DNA of 64,000 nt. It comes from an uncultured beta proteobacterium. Its GTDB lineage: Bacteria; Pseudomonadota; Gammaproteobacteria; Burkholderiales; Burkholderiaceae_C. The position numbers were made by a program, and so were the translations under genes. Shown here piece after piece: positions 10,711 to 20,525 of the stretch (positions are counted from its first letter, which is position 1; each line of letters opens with the position of its first letter). The notes beneath the pieces are model-generated. The model was given only the letters and a program-made list of their open reading frames with translations, was not told where the DNA came from and did not search any database. The stretch covers positions 13,808 through 77,807 of the forward strand of contig CAILAY010000159.1 of the NCBI GenBank assembly GCA_903832285.1. The letters run 5' to 3'.

Positions 10711-10976
10711 ATGCGCAGATGGTGTTGACGATGGGGCAAGAGGCCCTGACGCTGATGCTCATGGTGTCAGCGCCGGTGCTGGGGGTGGTGTTGGTGGTGG
10801 GCCTTTTGGTGAGCCTGTTCCAGGCGGTCACGCAGATCAACGAGGCAACTTTGTCGTTCGTCCCAAAGTTGATCGCGGCGGTGGCCGTGTTTGCCATCAC
10901 CGGTCCCTGGATGCTGAGCGTTCTGGTGGACTACATCCGCCGCACGATCGAGTCGATACCGAGCATGATGCTGTAG
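10707..10976 (+). CDS. fliQ: flagellar export apparatus protein FliQ
   Basis: 89 aa with two TM helices. ATGA overlap with fliP. Confidence 0.93.
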   Translation: MNAQMVLTMGQEALTLMLMVSAPVLGVVLVVGLLVSLFQAVTQINEATLSFVPKLIAAVAVFAITGPWMLSVLVDYIRRTIESIPSMML

Positions 10977-11039
10977 CGTGAAAGCACTCACTTCCATGAC
11001 GCGGTGCGCTTCGCAACCGAAGCATGAAAGTAGCGGCCC

Positions 11040-11807
11040 GTGATTACCTTGACAGAGGCGCAACTGAGCGCCTGGCTTTCACCCTTGCTGTGGCCCTTCT
11101 TCCGGGTGCTTGCCGTCTTTACCGCAGCTCCGGTCTTCTCCAATCGCGCCTTTCCCATGCGCTCCAAGGTCGGTCTGGCGCTGCTGGTGGCCCTGTGCGC
11201 ACAGCCCAGTTTGAACGGCCAACCACAGGTCAGTTTCATCGGGCCGCAGGCTCTGGAGACGCTGATTCAGCAAGTCGGCATCGGTCTGGCAATGGGTTTT
11301 GCGGTGCAGATCGTGTTTGCGGCGATGGAACTGGCGGGGGAATTGATCGGGTTGCAGATGGGCCTGAATTTCGCCACATTTTTCGACCCCTCCAGCCATA
11401 CCCAGTCCAGTGCCGTGTCGATCTTCTTCGGCCACATGACGGTGCTGTTGTTCATCGTGATGAACGGCCACCTGCTGGTGTTGCTGGCGGTGATCCGCAG
11501 CTTCGATGCGTTTCCAGTGGGCGGCAGCCTGATGCAGATGCTGGGTAAGGTCCGGCTCTTCGATCTCGGAGCCGAACTTTTCTCCAGCGCCCTGTGGATC
11601 GCCATGCCGATGATTGCCATGCTGCTGTTGGTCAATCTGACGCTGGGCATCATTTCCCGCGTTGCGCCGCAGATGAACATTTACGCCATCGGGTTTCCCG
11701 TGACGCTGACGGTGGGCCTGCTTGGCATCAGCGTGACGCTGCCGATGCTGGATCACCCGTATTCAGCCCTGTTCGCGCGGGCCATCGATCTGTTCGTGGC
11801 GCACTGA
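11040..11807 (+). CDS. fliR: flagellar export apparatus protein FliR
   Basis: 255-aa polytopic membrane protein after fliQ. GTG start. Confidence 0.92.
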   Translation: MITLTEAQLSAWLSPLLWPFFRVLAVFTAAPVFSNRAFPMRSKVGLALLVALCAQPSLNGQPQVSFIGPQALETLIQQVGIGLAMGFAVQIVFAAMELAGELIGLQMGLNFATFFDPSSHTQSSAVSIFFGHMTVLLFIVMNGHLLVLLAVIRSFDAFPVGGSLMQMLGKVRLFDLGAELFSSALWIAMPMIAMLLLVNLTLGIISRVAPQMNIYAIGFPVTLTVGLLGISVTLPMLDHPYSALFARAIDLFVAH

Positions 11808-11819
11808 ACCCGACTGCAA

Positions 11820-12449
11820 CTACACCAGGTTGTTGCGGATCGCGTACATGGTGATGTCCGCGTTGGTGGAGAGTTTGAGTTTTTCCAGGGCGCGGGCTCG
11901 GTACACGCTCACGGTCTTCGGGCTTAACGTCATTTCCTCGGCGATCTCGGAGAGCTTTTTTCCGGAGGCGATCTTCAGCACGGTCTGCAACTCACGTTCG
12001 GACAGCGTGGTGTGCGGCAGTTCCTGCATCGGATTGGAAAGGCTTTCCACCAGCATCTGCGCCACCTCGGGCGAGACGTATTTTCGCCCCTGCGCCAGTG
12101 CCCGCACCGCCACCGTCAACTGCGCCGGGTCGCCGGCCTTGTTCAGATAGCCGTGGGCCCCGGCGCGCAGGCATCGAATGGCGTACTGGTCTTCGGCAAA
12201 CATCGACACTACCAGCACCTTGATGGGAGACTTGGCGTCGGTCAGGCTTTCCAGTACTTCCAGGCCTCCACGGCCGGGCATGTTCAGGTCCAGCACCAGC
12301 ACATCGCAGGCCGCGCTGCGCAGGACCGCCCGCACTTCAGAGTAGCTTCCCGCTTCGCCTGTCACCTGGATGTCGACCGCTTCCGACAAGGTATCGCGTA
12401 TGCCGCGGCGGACAAAGGCGTGATCGTCGCAAATGACAACATGAATCAT
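11820..12449 (-). CDS. NarL/LuxR-family response regulator
   Basis: REC domain (VICDDH..DVLVLDLNMPG..KVLVVSMF..K) plus a LuxR-type HTH (LSERELQTVLKIASGKKLSEIAEEMTLSPKTVSVYRARALEKL). Confidence 0.9.
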   Translation of the reverse strand: MIHVVICDDHAFVRRGIRDTLSEAVDIQVTGEAGSYSEVRAVLRSAACDVLVLDLNMPGRGGLEVLESLTDAKSPIKVLVVSMFAEDQYAIRCLRAGAHGYLNKAGDPAQLTVAVRALAQGRKYVSPEVAQMLVESLSNPMQELPHTTLSERELQTVLKIASGKKLSEIAEEMTLSPKTVSVYRARALEKLKLSTNADITMYAIRNNLV

Positions 12450-12459
12450 GGTGACGCTT

Positions 12460-13560
12460 TCAATATTGTGTGGTCGATGTGGGATCGATCAGAGGTATGG
12501 AAACGATGACGGAGGTGCCGGCGCCCTCGTTATGGCTGACGTCGATCCAACCGCCCACGGTCTTGGCACGTTCGTGCAGCCCCTTGATGCCGAATGCACT
12601 GGGCTTTTCCAGATCTTCCTTGGCGATGCCGCGCCCATTGTCCGATATTTCCACGGTCAAAACGTTCTCGTGGTCCGAGACGTCGATGTTGACGGCCGAG
12701 CATTGTGCGTATTTGGAAATATTTGTCAGCGCCTCCTGAGCGGTACGGTAGGCCACAAGTTGCACTTCCTTGGAGGCATTCACCGTCTTCTCGGCAGCGC
12801 GCAGCGTGGTTTTGATGCCGGTGCGCTTCTCGAACCCCGTGGCCATCCACTGGATGGCGGCCACCAGGCCCTGGTCAAGCACTGCCGGGCGCAGGTCGCG
12901 CATGATGCGCTGACTCGCACCCAGCGCATGTTGCAGCATCTCGGTGGCGGCACTGATGTGCATCCGCGCGGCCTGATCGGTCGCGTGGCGTCCGAGCCAG
13001 GCCAGATCGAATTTCATCGCCGCCAGCGCGCCGCCGATATCGTCGTGGACCTCGCGCGCGATCGAGGCCCGCTCGCGCTCGATGCTGAGTTGCAGATGCG
13101 CGGTCAGTTCGGCCATGCGTTGCTGCGATGCGGCCAACTCGGCGTCGGCGCGGGCCTTGGCCAACCGCGTATCGCGCACTTCGATCGCGCGCCCTATCAC
13201 GTGCACCAGATTGCTCAGATTGTCCTTTAGTACATAGTCGTTGATGCCATGCTTCAATGCGTCCACGGCTGCGGTTTCGCCGATGGCCTGCGACAGCAGG
13301 ATGAACGGCGGTCGGCGCTCCAGTTCCTGCACTTCGCTCCAGGCGTCGATGGCGGTGAAATCAGCAAAGCGGTAGTCCGACAGGATGACATCGAAGTTGA
13401 CGGTGTCGATCTGATCGCAAAACTCCGTCAGCGTCTGGGCGCGAACCACGTCGAAGGTGCCGCCACTGCGGCGCAGGGCGAATTTCACGAGCTCATGATC
13501 GTGCTCGGACGACTCCAGATGCAGCAACCGGATGGGTCGAGTGTAGGAAGTGATCAGCAT
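12460..13560 (-). CDS. soluble hybrid sensor kinase: N-terminal receiver + HisKA_3 + HATPase_c
   Basis: REC-like N-terminus (IRLLHLESSEHD..FDVILSDYRF..FILLSQ..YVLKD), a coiled-coil linker, H-box IAREVHDDIGG and an ATP-binding domain (SDNGRGI..GIKGLHERAKTVGG). No TM segment. I chose ATG complement(13558-13560); the ORF opens at 13797. Confidence 0.85.
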   Translation of the reverse strand: MLITSYTRPIRLLHLESSEHDHELVKFALRRSGGTFDVVRAQTLTEFCDQIDTVNFDVILSDYRFADFTAIDAWSEVQELERRPPFILLSQAIGETAAVDALKHGINDYVLKDNLSNLVHVIGRAIEVRDTRLAKARADAELAASQQRMAELTAHLQLSIERERASIAREVHDDIGGALAAMKFDLAWLGRHATDQAARMHISAATEMLQHALGASQRIMRDLRPAVLDQGLVAAIQWMATGFEKRTGIKTTLRAAEKTVNASKEVQLVAYRTAQEALTNISKYAQCSAVNIDVSDHENVLTVEISDNGRGIAKEDLEKPSAFGIKGLHERAKTVGGWIDVSHNEGAGTSVIVSIPLIDPTSTTQY

Positions 13561-13787
13561 GGTCGGCCCCGATGATAAGTGCAGGGCCCGCACCAACCGA
13601 GACAATCGCCACGACTGGCCTGGGAATCCGGCGTAAATGTGCGGATGAAGCTTGTCTGCCCGTGTTTTCGTGGCTCGCTGGCTGGTATGCTTCAGGGTGG
13701 GCGGCCGCTGGGTGCAATCCTGCGGCGGCGCCAGCTTCTCGCGTCCCGAAACAAACAGTGTGCGGTGTTTAGTCCGATGGAGAAACA

Positions 13788-14306
13788 ATGCAGCCATTTC
13801 TGATGCAGCCGTCTGTGCCCTCGGTGCAGTTGCCGGTCATGGCGGTGGCTGAACTGCAGGATTCGCTGCTGGTGGTGATGCATGATCTGCAGCGGCTGGA
13901 GGGCTTGCTCAACCATGCTGGCGACAATCTGCTGGACCGGTTCACCGTGGCGAATCGGAGTCTGACCGCCCTTGCCAGCGGCGACGCCGCGGCGCTGGAA
14001 CTGGCGCGCAGCGCGCTTCAATCGGCAGTGACTGAATTGCAGTTTCAGGACATGGCATCGCAGTTGATCGTGCATACCACCAAGGTGGTGCAGGGCTGCG
14101 CGTTTCGACTCGCTGCCGAAGCCATGGGGCACGAGGAAGACGAAGACGCGGCCCCCTTCGGCGAGCCCGGGCATGACCGGCGGTTCTATTCGCGGGCGCA
14201 GGAAAACGAGCGGGCGACCGGCGACGAGTTCGGGAACCAGATTCCGGATCGACCCAACCCGGTGACGCAAAGCGAAATGGACGCCGGCTCCATCGAATTG
14301 TTTTAG
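13788..14306 (+). CDS. hypothetical protein, candidate short CheZ-like CheY-P phosphatase
   Basis: 172-aa helical acidic ORF with GGAGA before the ATG, 50 nt upstream of cheY. It carries ELQFQDMASQLI, which resembles the CheZ active-site motif (E. coli QDFQDLTGQVI, Asp and Gln four residues apart). Its C-terminus (SEMDAGSIELF) resembles the CheZ C-terminal CheY-binding peptide (..DDLLDSLGF). The functional call is inference. Confidence 0.4.
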   Translation: MQPFLMQPSVPSVQLPVMAVAELQDSLLVVMHDLQRLEGLLNHAGDNLLDRFTVANRSLTALASGDAAALELARSALQSAVTELQFQDMASQLIVHTTKVVQGCAFRLAAEAMGHEEDEDAAPFGEPGHDRRFYSRAQENERATGDEFGNQIPDRPNPVTQSEMDAGSIELF

Positions 14307-14355
14307 TCCAGACACCCGCCAATGATCTTCAGGTTTCTCTTAGTTGGAGCTTTTC

Positions 14356-14718
14356 ATGCATTCGATCCTCGCGGTTGATGATTCTGCGTCCATGCGCAAA
14401 ATGGTGTCCTTTACGCTCGCGGGAGCCGGTTATCACGTGGTCGAGGCGGTGGACGGGGAAGATGCATTCGAGAAAGCGGAGGCGTCGAATTTTGATCTGG
14501 TTCTGACAGACCAGAACATGCCGCGCCTGGATGGTTTGGGCTTGACCCGGAGATTGCGCGGCGACCCCCGCTTCAAATCAATTCCGATCCTGATCCTGAC
14601 GACAGAGTCCGGAGATTTGATGAAACAGGCAGGCCGTGCCGCGGGAGCGACCGGCTGGCTGGTCAAGCCTTTTGATCCAATCCGACTGCTTGACGTCATC
14701 AAAAAGGTCATCCGCTGA
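14356..14718 (+). CDS. cheY: chemotaxis response regulator CheY
   Basis: Single REC domain (ILAVDDSASMRK..DLVLTDQNMPRLDG..PILILTTES..GWLVKPF). GGAG lies 6 nt before ATG 14356. Confidence 0.93.
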   Translation: MHSILAVDDSASMRKMVSFTLAGAGYHVVEAVDGEDAFEKAEASNFDLVLTDQNMPRLDGLGLTRRLRGDPRFKSIPILILTTESGDLMKQAGRAAGATGWLVKPFDPIRLLDVIKKVIR

Positions 14719-14763
14719 TTCGGTTATCAGCAGACGGACGATTCGTTTTCTAAGGAGTTCAGC

Positions 14764-16839
14764 ATGAGCGAGATGCAACAGGAAAAGGCCGGAAGTGCCG
14801 CCGATTTCGATCTGAGCCAGTTCTATCAAATATTCTTTGAGGAAGCGGGCGAGAACCTGGACCACATGGAGCAGATGCTGCTCGATCTTGACCTGTCGGT
14901 AGTGGACGACGAGGAACTCAACGGAATATTCCGTTGTGCGCACTCGATCAAGGGAGGGGCCGCGACCTTCGGTTTCGCCGATGTGGCAGAACTGACGCAC
15001 CACATGGAGTCGCTGCTGGACAAGTTGCGGCGCCACGAACTTCAGCCCACGACGCCGATGGTGGATGCCTTGCTTGAATCGGCGGACGCCTCGCGCAGCC
15101 TGCTGGCCCGGCATCAGAGTGGCAGTGGCAGTGCGGTTCCCACCGCTGACCTGGTGCATCGCATCAGTGAATTGGCCGCCGGGCGTACGCTGGCCGCAAC
15201 TCCGAAGGTGGCGCCCGCGGCAGTTGCCGAGTCGATGATCGCGAAGACTACGAAGAGCACCCGGTCCCTGGAGATCCGGATCGGGCCGCTGGAGCACATT
15301 GAGCAGGCCGACGCCCTGAAGGAACTGTTTCGGGACATCCCCGGCCTGGGCAGTATCAGCGTGTTGCCCAGCCCACGCCCTGACGTGCGTCTGTTTGCGG
15401 TCGAGACCAGTTCATCGGACGAGGATTTGCTGGATCTTTTCGTGTTCCATGTGAGCAAGGATCAGGTCACCATCCGCTGCGTGGACGACGCGACGCCTGC
15501 CCCTGCTGCGGCGTCCACAGCGGAGGACAGTGATGCGGGTTTTGGTTTCTTCCCAGGTGCGCCCGGCGCGCCGGAATCACACCCCGCACCCGCCGCGGCC
15601 CCGCTGGCGGCGGCGGCACACGAGGCGACCGAGTCAAAGGGAAGTCCCAAGGGGGCCGCGAACAAGGCGCAACTCGAAGCCGCCACCATTCGGGTCGCAG
15701 TGAGCAAGGTTGACCAGTTGATCAATCTTGTGGGGGAACTGGTCATCACCCAGGCCATGCTGGCGCAGAACAGTCGCAGCCTGGATCCGGCTCTGAATCA
15801 ACAACTGATGGCCGGACTGGCCGATCTGGACCGGAACACCCGGGACTTGCAGGAATCAGTGATGTCGATACGCATGATTCCGATGTCGATCGTGTTCAGC
15901 CGCTTTCCGCGCATGCTGCGCGATCTGGCGAGCAAGCTTGGCAAGAAGGTCGAGATGGTGATGCAGGGCGAAGCCACGGAACTGGACAAGGGCCTGGTCG
16001 AAAAGATCACCGATCCTTTGACCCATCTGGTGCGCAACAGTTGCGACCACGGCATCGAAATGCCCGAAGTGCGCCTGGCCAATGGCAAGACCGCACACGG
16101 CACCATCACCCTGTCGGCAGCGCATCAGGGCGGCTCGATCGTGATTGAAGTGCGCGACGACGGTCGCGGCCTGTCGCGCGAGAAGATCCTGAACAAGGCG
16201 CGCGAACGCGGTCTGGATGTATCGGATCAGATGTCGGATCAGGACGTTTGGCAGCTTATTTTTGCCCCGGGTTTCTCTACGGCGGAGGTGGTCACCGATG
16301 TCTCTGGACGGGGTGTGGGCCTGGACGTGGTGGTGAGAAATATCACATCGCTCAACGGCACGGTGGAGATCGATTCTGCGGAAGGTCACGGCATGAAGGT
16401 GTCGGTGCGGCTGCCGTTGACCCTGGCCATCATGGACGGTATGTCGGTGGGAGTAGGGAATGAGGTCTATATCCTGCCGTTGTCTTCGGTGGTGGAATCC
16501 TTTCTGGTCAAGGCTGAGGCCGTCAGCACGGTGGGCCAGGGCTCGCAACTGGTCAAGGTGCGCGAAGAGTACATGCCGGTGATCGAACTGGAAAAAGTGT
16601 TTCAAGTGCCCCGCCTCGATCAGGAAAAGGCCAACACCATCATGGTGGTGGTTGAGGCCGAAGGCAGTCGGGCGGCGCTGCTGGTGGACGAACTCCTGGG
16701 ACAGCAACAGGTAGTGGTAAAGAACCTGGAATCAAACTACCGCAAGGTGCCCAATGTTTCGGGCGCCACCATTCTTGGCGATGGCAAAGTCGCCTTGATT
16801 CTTGATACAGCCGGATTGATTCGGCGCACCAGGCACTGA
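14764..16839 (+). CDS. cheA: chemotaxis histidine kinase CheA
   Basis: P1 HPt motif (FRCAHSIKGGAATFGF), a long Ala/Pro linker, a dimerisation/HATPase core (..HLVRNSCDHGIE..DDGRGL..GRGVGLDVV) and a C-terminal CheW-like P5 domain. Confidence 0.95.
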   Translation: MSEMQQEKAGSAADFDLSQFYQIFFEEAGENLDHMEQMLLDLDLSVVDDEELNGIFRCAHSIKGGAATFGFADVAELTHHMESLLDKLRRHELQPTTPMVDALLESADASRSLLARHQSGSGSAVPTADLVHRISELAAGRTLAATPKVAPAAVAESMIAKTTKSTRSLEIRIGPLEHIEQADALKELFRDIPGLGSISVLPSPRPDVRLFAVETSSSDEDLLDLFVFHVSKDQVTIRCVDDATPAPAAASTAEDSDAGFGFFPGAPGAPESHPAPAAAPLAAAAHEATESKGSPKGAANKAQLEAATIRVAVSKVDQLINLVGELVITQAMLAQNSRSLDPALNQQLMAGLADLDRNTRDLQESVMSIRMIPMSIVFSRFPRMLRDLASKLGKKVEMVMQGEATELDKGLVEKITDPLTHLVRNSCDHGIEMPEVRLANGKTAHGTITLSAAHQGGSIVIEVRDDGRGLSREKILNKARERGLDVSDQMSDQDVWQLIFAPGFSTAEVVTDVSGRGVGLDVVVRNITSLNGTVEIDSAEGHGMKVSVRLPLTLAIMDGMSVGVGNEVYILPLSSVVESFLVKAEAVSTVGQGSQLVKVREEYMPVIELEKVFQVPRLDQEKANTIMVVVEAEGSRAALLVDELLGQQQVVVKNLESNYRKVPNVSGATILGDGKVALILDTAGLIRRTRH

Positions 16840-16870
16840 CCGAGCGGACAATTATTCAGGAGAAATTTGT

Positions 16871-17362
16871 ATGGAAGTGATGGAAAGAAAAGACAACCTG
16901 GCCGCCGCTGACGGGGTACGCGAATACCTGACATTTCGCCTGGATCAGGAGGAATACGGCATCGATATCCTGAAAGTTCAGGAGATTCGTGGCTACGAAA
17001 CGCCGACCCGCATTGCCAACGCGCCGCCGTTTCTCAAGGGCGTGGTGAATCTGCGCGGCACCATTGTTCCGATCGTTGATATGCGGCTCAAGTTCAACTG
17101 CGCCAATGCCGAGTACGACAGCTTCACCGTGGTCATCATCCTTAATCTTGGCACACGCATAGTCGGGATCGTGGTGGACTCGGTAAGCGACGTGATGGAA
17201 TTGCCGGCGGGCAGCGTCAAGCCAGCGCCGGATGTGGAAAGCAGTCTGGACCCCGGCTGCATTGTCGGACTGGGATCGGTCGGTGACCGGATGCTGATCC
17301 TGCTTGATATTGGCAAGCTCATGGCGGGGTCCGACATGGGTTTGGGCGGCGACGCGGACTGA
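16871..17362 (+). CDS. cheW: chemotaxis coupling protein CheW
   Basis: 163 aa with a CheW domain (EYLTFRLDQEEYGIDILKVQEIRGYE..VVNLRGTIVPIVDMR). Confidence 0.93.
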   Translation: MEVMERKDNLAAADGVREYLTFRLDQEEYGIDILKVQEIRGYETPTRIANAPPFLKGVVNLRGTIVPIVDMRLKFNCANAEYDSFTVVIILNLGTRIVGIVVDSVSDVMELPAGSVKPAPDVESSLDPGCIVGLGSVGDRMLILLDIGKLMAGSDMGLGGDAD

Positions 17363-17377
17363 GCGTTTGCGCCTGAT

Positions 17378-18199
17378 ATGGATGCTTCCAGCGTACGCGA
17401 ATTCACCTGGACGAACGCCGATTTTGAGCGCGTGCAGGCGCTTATCTATCAGCGTGCGGGCATCCATTTGCACGATGGCAAACACGCCATGGTGTACAGC
17501 CGTTTATCGCGGCGCCTGCGAGACACCGGGCACACCAGCTTTCGCGAATACTTGAGTTGGTTGGAACAGCACGATGGCCCGGAATGGCAGGAATTCATCA
17601 ACGCGCTCACGACCAACCTGACCTCGTTTTTTCGCGAACAGCATCACTTCGAAATCCTGGCCGATCTGCTCAAATCGCGCCCTGCCACATCCCCCTGGCG
17701 GGCCTGGTGCAGCGCGGCCTCCACTGGCGAGGAGCCTTACTCCATCGTCATCACGGCATTGGAAACACTGGGTGCCGGCGCCGCCTTCAAGCTTTATGCC
17801 AGCGATATCGATTCCAAGGTGCTGGCGACTGCGGCGCAGGGGGTCTATCGCCTGGACGGCGCGAAGGGTTTGGGTCCCGCGAGAACGCAGCGGTTTTTTC
17901 TGCGTGGCAAGGGCAGCAATGAAGGCTTCCTGCGGGTCAGGCCAGAGTTGCCGCGCATGGTGGAATTTGGCAGCGTGAATCTGATCCTGGACAACTGGCC
18001 TTTTCGGGAGCCTTTCGATATCGTGTTTTGCCGCAATGTCATGATTTACTTTGATGCACCCACTCAGCGCAAGGTGCTGGAAAAGATTCATCGCGTCATG
18101 AAACCAGGCGGCATGCTGTTCGCCGGTCACTCCGAAAATTTCAGCGACTCCAAGGACCTGTTTGTGCTGCGTGGAAAGACGGTTTATGAGCGTTGCTAA
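17378..18199 (+). CDS. cheR: chemotaxis protein methyltransferase CheR
   Basis: CheR N-terminal helical domain plus SAM-methyltransferase core (WCSAASTGEEPYSI..FDIVFCRNVMIYFD). Confidence 0.93.
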   Translation: MDASSVREFTWTNADFERVQALIYQRAGIHLHDGKHAMVYSRLSRRLRDTGHTSFREYLSWLEQHDGPEWQEFINALTTNLTSFFREQHHFEILADLLKSRPATSPWRAWCSAASTGEEPYSIVITALETLGAGAAFKLYASDIDSKVLATAAQGVYRLDGAKGLGPARTQRFFLRGKGSNEGFLRVRPELPRMVEFGSVNLILDNWPFREPFDIVFCRNVMIYFDAPTQRKVLEKIHRVMKPGGMLFAGHSENFSDSKDLFVLRGKTVYERC

Positions 18200-18818
18200 T
18201 CCGGTTTCACGCATCGCGGAGCTCAAAGCCCAGGCGCGCAAGCCGGGTGAGGCCTCGTTCTTCTATTTCGATCCCAACTTCCAGTTCGACGCGGTCAAGG
18301 TGCTGCCGGGGGAGTACTTTGTCTCGAATGAAAACCTGCTCATCGTCACGGTTCTGGGTTCGTGCATCGCTGCCTGCATCTGGGATGCCCGGGCCCAGGT
18401 CGGCGGCATGAATCATTTCATGTTGCCGGACGGCGACGGCGACGGAGGCGGCCGCTACGGTTCCTACGCGATGGAATTGTTGATCAACGAGATGATGAAG
18501 AAGGGCGCACGGCGCGAATCCATGCAGGCCAAGGTGTTCGGCGGTGGCCAGGTGATGGCCTCGTTCACCTCCATGAATGTCGGCGAACGCAATACGAAAT
18601 TCGTGCTGGACTACTTGCACACGGAACGAATTCCCGTGATATCGCAGGACGTGCTGGACATCTATCCACGCAAAGTCTGTTACTTTCCACAAAACGGCAA
18701 AGCGATGGTCAAGCGACTCGCGCATGCCCACCCCGACAGGATCGAAGTCGAAGAGCGCAAGGGCAGTGCCGCTGCTGTCGTCAAGACGACTGCCGGCGGT
18801 TCCATCGATTTGTTTTAG
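18186..18818 (+). CDS. cheD: chemoreceptor glutamine deamidase CheD
   Basis: CheD family (..[32 protein letters not shown]). ATG 18186 overlaps the cheR end; the ORF opens at 18162. Confidence 0.9.
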   Translation: MSVANPVSRIAELKAQARKPGEASFFYFDPNFQFDAVKVLPGEYFVSNENLLIVTVLGSCIAACIWDARAQVGGMNHFMLPDGDGDGGGRYGSYAMELLINEMMKKGARRESMQAKVFGGGQVMASFTSMNVGERNTKFVLDYLHTERIPVISQDVLDIYPRKVCYFPQNGKAMVKRLAHAHPDRIEVEERKGSAAAVVKTTAGGSIDLF

Positions 18819-18829
18819 GCAAGATTCGT

Positions 18830-19918
18830 ATGAAGAAAACCCGTGTCATTGTGGTCGACGATTCTGCGCTGGTGCGCAGTCTGTTGGCCGAAATCATCAA
18901 CCGGCAAAAAGACATGGAGTGCATCGGTACGGCCAACGATCCGCTGATTGCGCGCGAAATGATTCGCGAGATGAGTCCGGATGTAATCACGCTGGATGTC
19001 GAAATGCCAAAGATGGACGGGATTGAATTCCTGGGCCGATTGATGCGCCTGCGCCCCATGCCGGTAGTGATGATCTCGACGTTGACGGAGCAGGGCGCTG
19101 AAGTGACGCTCAGGGCGCTGGAACTGGGTGCGGTGGATTTCGTCGCCAAACCACGCATCGGCGTGGCTGGGGGCCTCAGCGAACTGGCGCAGGAAATTGT
19201 GGAGAAGATTCGCGTGGCCGCCGTGGCGCACGTGCGACGGGCGCCACCCGCGGCGGCGACGGGCGCCAAGCCCACGGATGCTGCGCAGCGTCATGTACCA
19301 AACCTGCTGGGCCGCATTTCGACCGAAAAATTGATTGCCATCGGGGCATCCACCGGTGGCACCGAAGCGGTCAGGGAAGTGCTGACGAAATTGCCGGCCG
19401 ATTCGCCCGGCATCGTCATCACCCAGCACATGCCGCCGGGTTTCACCAAGAGCTTTGCGGCGCGCCTGGATTCGCTGTGCGACATCGCAGTCAAGGAAGC
19501 GCAGGACGGCGAGCGCATTCTGCCGGGTCATGCTTATATCGCTCCCGGCGGCAAGCAATTTCACATCAACCGCAGCGGCGCCAACTATGTGGCTGTGGTG
19601 GACGACGGTGAACCCGTGAACCGGCACAAGCCCTCGGTCGAGGTACTGTTCAATTCGGTGGCGCAGTTTGCCGGACGCAACGCCTACGGCATCATGCTCA
19701 CCGGCATGGGCGGAGACGGCGCGCAAGCGATGCGCGAGATGAAAGACAAGGGCAGCTACAACTACGTGCAGGACGAAGCCAGTTGCATCGTGTTTGGCAT
19801 GCCGCGTGAAGCCATTGCGCACGGTGCTGCCGACGAGGTGTTGCCGTTAACCCAGATCGCGCCAGCGCTGATCGCAAGGCTCAACAGCGCGACCGATCGA
19901 TTGCACAGCCGGATTTAG
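18830..19918 (+). CDS. cheB: chemotaxis methylesterase/deamidase CheB
   Basis: REC domain ([25 protein letters not shown]) plus a CheB methylesterase domain ([25 protein letters not shown]). The ORF track extends to 18362, but that part overlaps cheD out of frame. Confidence 0.94.
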   Translation: MKKTRVIVVDDSALVRSLLAEIINRQKDMECIGTANDPLIAREMIREMSPDVITLDVEMPKMDGIEFLGRLMRLRPMPVVMISTLTEQGAEVTLRALELGAVDFVAKPRIGVAGGLSELAQEIVEKIRVAAVAHVRRAPPAAATGAKPTDAAQRHVPNLLGRISTEKLIAIGASTGGTEAVREVLTKLPADSPGIVITQHMPPGFTKSFAARLDSLCDIAVKEAQDGERILPGHAYIAPGGKQFHINRSGANYVAVVDDGEPVNRHKPSVEVLFNSVAQFAGRNAYGIMLTGMGGDGAQAMREMKDKGSYNYVQDEASCIVFGMPREAIAHGAADEVLPLTQIAPALIARLNSATDRLHSRI

Positions 19919-20433
19919 TCTTCGGGGAACCGAAGGTACATATGCATTTCGTCATGCAACTCACCATCGATGAAGAGGGCTCCAGGCTCGCGGCCGAATG
20001 CCTTGAAACCCGCAGACTCGTAGAGCCGGATGGCAGCGACGTTGTCGGCGTTGACACTGAGATTGACTTGCTTCACATCGGCAACTGAACGTGCCAAGCG
20101 CAACGCTTCGGCCAACAGAGCGCGGGCTATGCCCTTGTTCCTGGCGTGGGGTGCGACATTCATTCCCCAAATGAGCGCTTTGTGGGCGAGTTTTTTCGCG
20201 TTCTCCCTGCCCAGAGCGACAAGGCCTACCAGATTGTCGTCCTCGAATGCTCCGAACGGCCCACGGTCTGGTCTTATCGCTAGGCGAGCTTCAATAGTGG
20301 AGGCTGGAAAGGCTTTTTCTTCCTCGTAACTCGAACCAAAGGCCGATGGCGTTTCCATCAATCCAGCGAGCCGCAATTCCTGAAAGGCTGAAGCATCGGC
20401 GGGGGTAAGGCGACGTATTTGCATGAAGGACAT
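19915..20433 (-). CDS. GNAT-family N-acetyltransferase
   Basis: Acetyl-CoA-binding motif region (..[23 protein letters not shown]..) and GNAT length. Start (20433 or 20424) is uncertain; the ORF opens at 20514. Confidence 0.8.
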   Translation of the reverse strand: MSFMQIRRLTPADASAFQELRLAGLMETPSAFGSSYEEEKAFPASTIEARLAIRPDRGPFGAFEDDNLVGLVALGRENAKKLAHKALIWGMNVAPHARNKGIARALLAEALRLARSVADVKQVNLSVNADNVAAIRLYESAGFKAFGREPGALFIDGELHDEMHMYLRFPED

Positions 20434-20525
20434 AGATGACTTGTTATGGTTCGCGAAATATGCTGACATTTCCCTCAGTGGGTGGCCGCGTACCACCATC
20501 AGCGGTGGGACCATCGAAAAATGAA

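Noticed and set aside
13765-13780. GTCCGATGG, sigma-28 -10-like, just upstream of the CheZ-like ORF.
   Set aside because: It overlaps the Shine-Dalgarno sequence and sits less than 15 nt from the ATG, so it cannot serve as a -10 element for this gene. It is also a poor match.
18362-18829. 5' extension of the cheB ORF (518-aa version). Analogous extensions occur at 33698-34075 (ctaB), 45100-45582 and 46089-46484 (permeases), and 22425-22646 (ABC-F).
   Set aside because: The extensions overlap the preceding genes out of frame and have nonsense composition. Conserved N-termini with RBS or coupled starts are found at the shorter coordinates.
19915-20433. GNAT gene as the toxin of a GNAT/RHH toxin-antitoxin pair.
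   Set aside because: No small antitoxin-like ORF lies upstream or overlaps it. The gene is flanked by cheB (convergent) and the ABC-F gene.
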